Positions 57,326-64,000 of a stretch of DNA of 64,000 nt are shown one piece after another. Both the position numbers and the translations under genes were made by a program. Numbering within the stretch: the first letter of the stretch is position 1; every line of letters starts with the position of its first letter. The DNA comes from an uncultured Candidatus Saccharibacteria bacterium (lineage in GTDB: Bacteria > Patescibacteriota > Minisyncoccia > Phycocordibacterales > EsbW-18): contig CAZFMQ010000003.1 of assembly GCA_964520295.1 (NCBI GenBank), positions 1,060 to 65,059 on the forward strand, given 5' to 3'. The notes under the pieces are model-generated. The model ran no database searches. It was not told where the DNA came from and saw only the letters and a list, made by a program, of their open reading frames with translations.

Positions 57326-58743
57326 TGCACGCACAGTACAAAAAAGGGCAGCTGCTATTTTCCGTATTACTTTTTTCTGTGGTGGCGTCACTGATGCTCG
57401 GCGGTTTGGTAGGGTGGGCAGGGGTCAATTTGCGCGCATTGCGTAGTGCGGGCGACAGGGAGCTCGCATTTCATATTGCCGAGGCAGGGATTGATTACTA
57501 TCGATGGCACTTGGCACATGCACCAGAAGATTATCAAGATGGCACAGGGGAGGAGGGTCCGTACGAACACGAATTTCTCAATGCGGCAGGTGATCGCATC
57601 GGCACGTTCACGTTGGATATTACACCACCTACTGTCGGCTCCACCATTGTGACCATCAAATCAACGGGGCGCGTGGATGCGGCACCGGACATTGCACGCG
57701 CCATACAAGTGCGTCTCGCCATTCCGTCATTTGCAAAGTTTGCATGGGTGCTCAATAGCTTTGTGAATTTCGGAGATACTTCAGAAGTATTCGGCCCCGT
57801 GCATTCCAATACAGGGTTGCGCTTTGACGGATTGGCGCACAATCTTGTAACCAGTGCAGTGGCAAACTTTAATGACCCCGACCACTCGGGAGGGAATGAG
57901 TTTGGTGTACACACGCACCGAAGCCCTACTGATCCACTACCGCCTGCATCCGTGCCGACACGTTCCGATATTTTCTTGGCGGGACGACAGTTTCCAGTGC
58001 CGGCAGTTGATTTTACAGGTATTATTTCCGATCTTTCTCAAATCAAATCAGACGCGCAAGCTGATGGATTGTATTTTGCGTCATCAGGTGCGCTTGGCTA
58101 CCACGCGGTACTGAAAACGAACGGCACAATGGACGTATATCGCGTAACCGCACTGCACTCGCAGGGCGGATGCTCATGTTCGGGTGATGGGTGCGGTACA
58201 TGGAGTATCAGGAGTAATAATGGACAAACCTTTTTAGGCAACTACGATTTTCCTGACAACGGCCTTATCTTTTTTGAAGATCATGTGTGGGTAGATGGCA
58301 TGATTGATGAGGCGCGCATTACTATTGCGGCGGCACGATTTCCTGATAACCCATCAACGCGCCGGCACATTATCGTGAATAACGATATCCGCTACACCAA
58401 CTACGATGGCACCGATACTATCGGCCTTCTTGCACAAGGTGATGTCACTATCGGACTTCGTAGTGAAGATAATTTACGTATTGACGCGGCAATGATTGCG
58501 CAGAACGGCCGTATTGGACGATATCACTACTCAGGTGGGTGCTCGCCGTATCATTTGCGTGATCAGCTGACGACGTACGGCATGCTTGGTACTAATGAGC
58601 GCTCGGGTGTGTACTACGGTAGTAGTGGATACGAGGCGCGTGATTATATCTATGATGCTAATTTGCTCTACGCACCGCCACCATCATTCCCATTGACGTC
58701 AGATCAGTACACGACTATTTCATGGGAGGAGGTAAAGCCATAA
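57322..58743 (+). CDS. PilX/GspK-like minor pilin with a large C-domain
   Basis: KG|QLL without Glu5, AFHIAEAGIDY, GPVHSN, YIYD.NL....PP.FP..WEE. Confidence 0.75.
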   Translation: MMHAQYKKGQLLFSVLLFSVVASLMLGGLVGWAGVNLRALRSAGDRELAFHIAEAGIDYYRWHLAHAPEDYQDGTGEEGPYEHEFLNAAGDRIGTFTLDITPPTVGSTIVTIKSTGRVDAAPDIARAIQVRLAIPSFAKFAWVLNSFVNFGDTSEVFGPVHSNTGLRFDGLAHNLVTSAVANFNDPDHSGGNEFGVHTHRSPTDPLPPASVPTRSDIFLAGRQFPVPAVDFTGIISDLSQIKSDAQADGLYFASSGALGYHAVLKTNGTMDVYRVTALHSQGGCSCSGDGCGTWSIRSNNGQTFLGNYDFPDNGLIFFEDHVWVDGMIDEARITIAAARFPDNPSTRRHIIVNNDIRYTNYDGTDTIGLLAQGDVTIGLRSEDNLRIDAAMIAQNGRIGRYHYSGGCSPYHLRDQLTTYGMLGTNERSGVYYGSSGYEARDYIYDANLLYAPPPSFPLTSDQYTTISWEEVKP

Positions 58744-58805
58744 CACCTTGTTCGGTGGTAGTACTGTAGACATCTGCAGTGGAGCCCGTGGTACACTGAT
58801 GCTAT

Positions 58806-59570
58806 ATGGCAAAAACATTTCTTATTCTGAACTGGAAAATGCATCCGGGGAATACAAAGGAGGCGCAGGCACTGTGGGGTGCTACGAAGCGCGCGCTGGC
58901 GCGCGCGCGCAAAACAACGGCGATTGTCTGTGCACCGTTCGTGTATCTGCAACCATTGGCAAAAACACGCAGCACGACCGCACTGCTCGGTGCACAAGAC
59001 GTATCTGTGTATGAGGGTGGATCACACACCGGTGAAATCTCGGCACAGATGCTCAAAGAGTTCCGCATCCGCCACGTGATTGTCGGGCATTCTGAACGGC
59101 GCGAATTGGGTGAAACAGACGGCATGATTGCACGAAAGGTAAAACTGGCATTGCAGAGTGGATTGCAACCTATTGTGTGCATTGGAGAGCGTGAGCGTAG
59201 CCAACATGGTGAACACCTTGGGGAATTAGAAGATCAAATGACACGCTCGCTTGCGGGTGTGGGACGTGCACAGGCAAAGCAACTGTTCATTGCGTATGAA
59301 CCCCTCTGGGCAATCGGTAAAAGTTATAAATATGCAATGCAACCGCACGAAATTCACGAGACAAGTATTTTTATTAGGAAGATTTTGACCAAAATGTTTG
59401 GGCGTGCAGTGGCAAGCACTATTCCTGTACTGTATGGTGGCGCTGTTGAGGAGGCAAATATCGCACAGGTAGTGCGTCAGGGAGATGTCAGTGGTGTGCT
59501 CGTGGGTCGTGCAAGTTTAGATGGCAAGAGCGTATCGCACATGGTCAAAGCGCTTGAAGCAAAACAATAA
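58806..59570 (+). CDS. tpiA: Triosephosphate isomerase
   Basis: NWKMH, GHSERR, AYEPLWAIG, LYGG. Confidence 0.95.
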   Translation: MAKTFLILNWKMHPGNTKEAQALWGATKRALARARKTTAIVCAPFVYLQPLAKTRSTTALLGAQDVSVYEGGSHTGEISAQMLKEFRIRHVIVGHSERRELGETDGMIARKVKLALQSGLQPIVCIGERERSQHGEHLGELEDQMTRSLAGVGRAQAKQLFIAYEPLWAIGKSYKYAMQPHEIHETSIFIRKILTKMFGRAVASTIPVLYGGAVEEANIAQVVRQGDVSGVLVGRASLDGKSVSHMVKALEAKQ

Positions 59571-60694
59571 TGCTTTCATCTATTTCAGACAGTACCATTG
59601 CACCAGGGACGCGTGTACTACTCCGCGCTAATCTCAACGTGCCTCGTGTGGATGGTCGTATTGCCGACGATGCGCGTATTACATCTGCATTAGCTACCAT
59701 TACATGGTTGTGTGAGCACGGTGCGCGCACTATTATCATCGGGCACACATCAACAGACGGTGCCTCACTGGAACAAGTGTGTGCTGTACTGGCACAGCAT
59801 GTACCAGTGGTGTTTGTGACGGACGCACTCTCTGATGCGGGGCGTGCAACTATAGATGCTCTGAAAAACGGCGAGTGCGTACTTGTAGAAAATATCCGCA
59901 ATAACCCAGGAGAGGAACGTGCAACCGACTCATTCGCACAAGAGCTCGCAAGTTTGGCAGACATATTTGTGCAAGACGATTTTTCTGTTGCGCACCGCAC
60001 GCACGCATCGGTGGTGGGTGTACCGAAGTATCTGCCGAGCTACATGGGTATGCAGTTTGCGCGCGAGTATGAAGAATTGTCGCGCGCATTCAATCCGGAA
60101 CACCCCTCACTGCTTATTTTGGGCGGTGCAAAATCAGATACCAAAATGCCAATCGCTATTTCACTGGCCGATGTCATGGATGAGGTATTTATCACCGGTG
60201 TGTCAGGTAATACACTTTTGAAAGTGCAGGGGCGAAATGTAGGATCATCAGTTGTGGATGCCGTGCCACATAGTATATTGATGGACGTGGTGGCGAAAGA
60301 AAATGTGTTTTCATACAGCGACGTGTTGGCGGTAGACGCTGATGGTGATGAGTATGTCGCATCGTCGGCGCACGTAGATGGTGATAGTGCAATTATGGAT
60401 GCAGGACCAGAAACGACCGCGCATATCGTCCACGCGATTGCGAGTGCGCGTTTTGTGCTTTGGAATGGGCCACTTGGGTACTACGAAAAAGGATACACAA
60501 CAGCGACGCACGAAATTGCCCGCGCACTCGCACATTCGTCAGCAGTATCTATCATCGGGGGAGGTGACACGGTTGCGGCAATTTCTGCACTCGGACTTGA
60601 AAAAGAGTTCACCTTCATCTCAACGGCAGGTGGTGCGATGCTTGAGTTTTTGGCAAAGAAAACATTACCGGGTATTGAGGCACTCAAAAAATAA
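59570..60694 (+). CDS. pgk: Phosphoglycerate kinase (divergent)
   Basis: ENIR, AHR.HAS, GGAK, WNGPLG..E, GGGDT, STAGGA.LEFL..K.LPG. Confidence 0.9.
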   Translation: MLSSISDSTIAPGTRVLLRANLNVPRVDGRIADDARITSALATITWLCEHGARTIIIGHTSTDGASLEQVCAVLAQHVPVVFVTDALSDAGRATIDALKNGECVLVENIRNNPGEERATDSFAQELASLADIFVQDDFSVAHRTHASVVGVPKYLPSYMGMQFAREYEELSRAFNPEHPSLLILGGAKSDTKMPIAISLADVMDEVFITGVSGNTLLKVQGRNVGSSVVDAVPHSILMDVVAKENVFSYSDVLAVDADGDEYVASSAHVDGDSAIMDAGPETTAHIVHAIASARFVLWNGPLGYYEKGYTTATHEIARALAHSSAVSIIGGGDTVAAISALGLEKEFTFISTAGGAMLEFLAKKTLPGIEALKK

Positions 60695-60762
60695 TTGATT
60701 GAAAGAAAACGCTCAATCTGGCATAGTGCTGTCGGAGTAGTACCAACCAACAAGGAGGACAC

Positions 60763-60951
60763 ATGACAGAGAAACCGTTGGCCTCGTTTCGCCAGCAGGA
60801 CAGAGCCGTCATTTTGCGTAGTGGTGGCTCGGCGACGCCTTTTGTGCTGGATCTCCAGCACGCCAAGCGTCTCCACGAAGAGCTAACTGCAATTCTGCAG
60901 GAGCACGAGTCCTGGGACTCGGAACGAGCCATCCACTATGATGAGCAATAA
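60763..60951 (+). CDS. Small orphan protein (SD-led)
   Basis: AAGGAGG before ATG, promoter-like TTGAAA-17-CATAGT, terminator at 60966-60994. Confidence 0.6.
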   Translation: MTEKPLASFRQQDRAVILRSGGSATPFVLDLQHAKRLHEELTAILQEHESWDSERAIHYDEQ

Positions 60952-60992
60952 TCACCAAGAAGCAAAGAGCCCCACATACGGGGCTCTGTTTT

Positions 60993-61400
60993 TTATAGCA
61001 CTGCGCGAATGCGTTTAGCGGTTTCTTGCATGTGTGCATCATCGTCGTACTGCACGGTGGGTAATTGGGGAAATGCGTCATCTGTTGCGCGCGGAATGAT
61101 GTGGATGTGCGCATGAAAGACGATTTGACCGGCAACCGCTCCATTATTTGAAATGAGGTTTACACCCGCAACCTTTGTCTGTTGCAGGGCGCGTGCGATT
61201 TTCTGTGCGGTTGCATAGACGGGAGCGAGCACATCTGCGGGTGCATCAAAGACATTTTCTACGTGCTGTTTTGGAATAACGAGCGTGTGGCCGAGTGCGC
61301 TTGGGTTGATGTCTAAAAAGGCAAGCGTGTGCTCGTCTTCGTACACGGTTGTGGAGGGAATAGTTCCCGCCACGATTTTGCAAAAAATACAATCTGACAT
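60993..61400 (-). CDS. HIT family nucleotide hydrolase
   Basis: CIFCKI, AFLDINP..GHTLVIPK, HAHIHIIPR. Confidence 0.95.
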   Translation of the reverse strand: MSDCIFCKIVAGTIPSTTVYEDEHTLAFLDINPSALGHTLVIPKQHVENVFDAPADVLAPVYATAQKIARALQQTKVAGVNLISNNGAVAGQIVFHAHIHIIPRATDDAFPQLPTVQYDDDAHMQETAKRIRAVL

Positions 61401-61430
61401 AGTTTCTATTGTAGCGGTATACTGCTGTGT

Positions 61431-63095
61431 ATGAAAGTATGGTCTGAATTGCCGGAATTAGTGCGTGGATTGCTAGAAAAGCGTGGTATTACCGAAGCAT
61501 CTGCCGATATTTTCCTTAATCCTGATTGGGAGCGTGATGTACACGATCCATTTTTACTCAAAGATATGGACAAAGCGACCGCACGCATTCTGCGCGCGGT
61601 AGATGCTGGTGAGCGCATCACTATTTTTTCTGATTTTGATGCTGACGGTATTCCTGGTGCGGTGTTGCTGTCAGATTTTTTCAAAAAAATTGGCCACGAG
61701 CAGGTGTCGGTTCGTATTCCGCATCGCAACACGGAAGGATTTGGTCTCAACGCACGCGCCATCGATGCGTGTAGTGCCGATGGCACAAAACTCCTCATCA
61801 CTGTTGATTGCGGTAGTGCCGATGTAACGCACACAGCGCGCGCGCAAGAGCATGGCATCGACGTTATCATTACCGATCACCACCAAGCGCACGGCACACC
61901 ACCTCCTGCATATGCGATGGTCAACCCGAATCAAGAAGGCGATACCTACCCGAACAAGTATCTCTGTGGTGCGGGTGTTGCGTTCAAAGTTGTACAAGCA
62001 CTTATTGCGACAAGGCCAGACATGGTGCCAACAGGTTGGGAGAAGTGGTTGCTGGATATGGTTGGTATTGCAACGCTCTCTGATATGGTGCCATTGCAGG
62101 GGGAAAATCGCGCACTCGCGCATTACGGGTTAATTGTGTTACGCAAATCTCCGCGCATCGGCTTGCGTACGTTATTACGCCGTCAGCGCGTGCGCCAGCA
62201 CGCGCTCTCCGAAGATGATGTGGTGTTTTCTATTACACCGCGTATCAATGCGGCATCACGCATGGATGCGCCAGAAATTGCGTTTGAATTATTGACGACA
62301 CACGACGAAGTGCGCGCCGAAGCATTGGCACGACAATTAGACACACTCAACAATGAACGAAAAGGTGCGGTGGCGCAGATGAGTAAAGAGATTCATGGAA
62401 AAATCGGCGACACACACGAGGGCGGTGTAGTTGTTGTCGGCAACACACACTGGCGTCCGGGGTTGCTTGGATTGGCGGCAACGCGTGCGGTTGAAGTGTA
62501 TGGCAAACCCGCATTTGTGTGGGGTCGTGGCGATGCCGAAGTCATCAAGGGTTCTGTGCGAGGTGATGGTCATACAGATATCGTGGCACTTATGCAGGAG
62601 GTGGCTGATCTGTTTTTAGAGTTCGGAGGTCATACACACTCGGGCGGGTTCTCCATCACGGTTGAAAATCTTATCAAGTTGCCCGACGCGCTCAATAGAG
62701 CGTATGAAAAATGCGCACAGCACGCCACAGTGCGTGCAGATGTAGCATCTGATGCTACACTCCCACTTACTGATGTGCATCCAGTATTTTTTCAAAACAT
62801 TTCGGTGCTCGCGCCATTTGGTATGGGAAATGAAAAACCAATTTTTGTATTTGAAAACAATACACTGGCGCGCGTAGAGTGGTTTGGCAAAGAAAAAAAT
62901 CATCTCAAACTTATATTGCATGGTGATGGCAGTGCGCGCGCAACCGCAATTCGTTTTTTTGCAAAAGGGAACACAGAGTTGGAATCGCTTGTAGAAGGGC
63001 AGATAGTAACTGTGCACGGCTCACTGGAGCGGGAACAATTCGGTGGCGCAAACAGCATCCGTATTCGGATTATTGAGATAGCACGTAGCATGTAA
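61431..63095 (+). CDS. recJ: Single-stranded-DNA exonuclease RecJ
   Basis: DFDADG, TVDCG, TDHH, PRINAASR, GGH, PFGMGN.KP. Confidence 0.95.
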   Translation: MKVWSELPELVRGLLEKRGITEASADIFLNPDWERDVHDPFLLKDMDKATARILRAVDAGERITIFSDFDADGIPGAVLLSDFFKKIGHEQVSVRIPHRNTEGFGLNARAIDACSADGTKLLITVDCGSADVTHTARAQEHGIDVIITDHHQAHGTPPPAYAMVNPNQEGDTYPNKYLCGAGVAFKVVQALIATRPDMVPTGWEKWLLDMVGIATLSDMVPLQGENRALAHYGLIVLRKSPRIGLRTLLRRQRVRQHALSEDDVVFSITPRINAASRMDAPEIAFELLTTHDEVRAEALARQLDTLNNERKGAVAQMSKEIHGKIGDTHEGGVVVVGNTHWRPGLLGLAATRAVEVYGKPAFVWGRGDAEVIKGSVRGDGHTDIVALMQEVADLFLEFGGHTHSGGFSITVENLIKLPDALNRAYEKCAQHATVRADVASDATLPLTDVHPVFFQNISVLAPFGMGNEKPIFVFENNTLARVEWFGKEKNHLKLILHGDGSARATAIRFFAKGNTELESLVEGQIVTVHGSLEREQFGGANSIRIRIIEIARSM

Positions 63096-63222
63096 AGAAT
63101 AAGGGAACAGTTCACAGGGAACAGATAAGGACTAGAAGCGCCAGCGGGACTTTTCCTTCCTCCCCGTTTCCCAGTAATTGTGCCCCGTTCCCGTCTTTTG
63201 CTATGTGGTATATGATTACTGC

Positions 63223-63645
63223 ATGAAATATATCATCAACACAGATGGAGGGGCGAGAGGCAATCCAGGCCCTGCAGGTATCGGTTTTGTCATACGAGAT
63301 GAAAATGCGGTTCTCAAAGAAGTAGGCGAGTACATCGGCGTTGCTACCAACAATATCGCTGAATACGAAGCACTCATTCGTGCGCTCACGGCACTGAAAA
63401 AAATTATTCCCAAAACAATGCGCGACAGTGCAGATATTACGGTGCGCATGGACAGCGAGCTCGTGGTAAAACAGCTCAACGGGGTGTATCAAATCAAAGA
63501 CGAACCGCTCCAGCTACAATTCGTCAAAGTGTGGAATATGCGCGTGGCGGAGTTTCCACACATCACGTTTACGCACGTGAGGCGCGAAGAAAATAAAGAG
63601 GCGGATATGTTGTATAATAAGGCACTTGATGCACATCAAGCGTAA
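63223..63645 (+). CDS. rnhA: Ribonuclease HI (archaeal/actinobacterial-type)
   Basis: TDGGARGNPGPAG, TNNIAEY, DSELVVKQ, REENKEAD. Confidence 0.92.
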   Translation: MKYIINTDGGARGNPGPAGIGFVIRDENAVLKEVGEYIGVATNNIAEYEALIRALTALKKIIPKTMRDSADITVRMDSELVVKQLNGVYQIKDEPLQLQFVKVWNMRVAEFPHITFTHVRREENKEADMLYNKALDAHQA

Positions 63646-63668
63646 TTAAAAAAACTAATATACACAGT

Positions 63669-63965
63669 ATGGTTTCTGGGTTCATTCAATTTGTCCGCGA
63701 GCAAGGTGTCGTCGGACTCGCAATCGGTTTCATTCTCGGTGGTGCAGTGTCAAAGGTGGTCGCATCACTTGTTACCGACATCATCAATCCAATTATCGGC
63801 GCCATTTTTGGTTCAACGGAAGGTCTTGCAAGCATGATGCTCGGTCCTGTTGCATTGGGTAGTTTCGTTGCGGTATTGCTTGATTTTTTGATTGTTGCCG
63901 CAGTCGTGTACTTCATTTTCAAGAAGCTCGGTTTTGACAGACTAGACGCACCAAAGCAGTCGTAA
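63669..63965 (+). CDS. mscL: Large-conductance mechanosensitive channel (short)
   Basis: VVGLAIGFILGGA.SKVV.SLV.DIINP, F....DFLIVA. Confidence 0.9.
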   Translation: MVSGFIQFVREQGVVGLAIGFILGGAVSKVVASLVTDIINPIIGAIFGSTEGLASMMLGPVALGSFVAVLLDFLIVAAVVYFIFKKLGFDRLDAPKQS

Positions 63966-64000
63966 GCAGGGTTTATCTCCGCTTTATCAAAAATCTGGAT

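Noticed and set aside
1-64000. Alternative genetic code (UGA=Gly) as in some CPR lineages
   Set aside because: Long core genes are open under the standard code and TGA serves as a stop in ATGA overlaps (e.g. 4019, 5791).

Overview
This 64 kb window spans the replication origin of a small-genome bacterium. It is most likely a Patescibacterium (CPR, Parcubacteria-like), inferred from gene content, the minimal yidC-rnpA-rpmH/dnaA-dnaN block and the scarcity of Shine-Dalgarno motifs. It is mostly housekeeping: pcrA/uvrD, rsmA, dnaA, dnaN, a class A PBP, tyrS, ruvABC, ddl, murE, polA, holA, rpsT, rplS, lexA, tpiA, pgk, recJ, rnhA, mscL and 7 tRNAs. Two surface-machine gene sets are present. One is a chromosomal, relaxase-free T4SS-like cluster next to oriC (VirB4, VirB6-like, PrgI, pilin fusion). 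The other is type IV pilus genes split over three loci. The most unusual signals are: (1) an unannotated promoter-to-terminator structured RNA with 6S-like architecture at 25.8-26.0 kb; (2) an orphan gene bracketed by identical 23-bp hairpins exactly 800 bp apart, resembling a C-type-lectin-fold DGR target; (3) a VirB2-like pilin fused to a putative Zn peptidase; (4) an inverted prgI flanked by inverted repeats beside a perfect 34-bp palindrome; (5) a tRNA-Leu-linked element with direct and inverted copies of the tRNA 3' end; (6) widespread leaderless-type promoters, contrasting with a class of SD-led orphan cassettes. No CRISPR array, rRNA, integrase, transposase or reverse transcriptase was seen. 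All calls come from reading the sequence by eye; no database searches were run.
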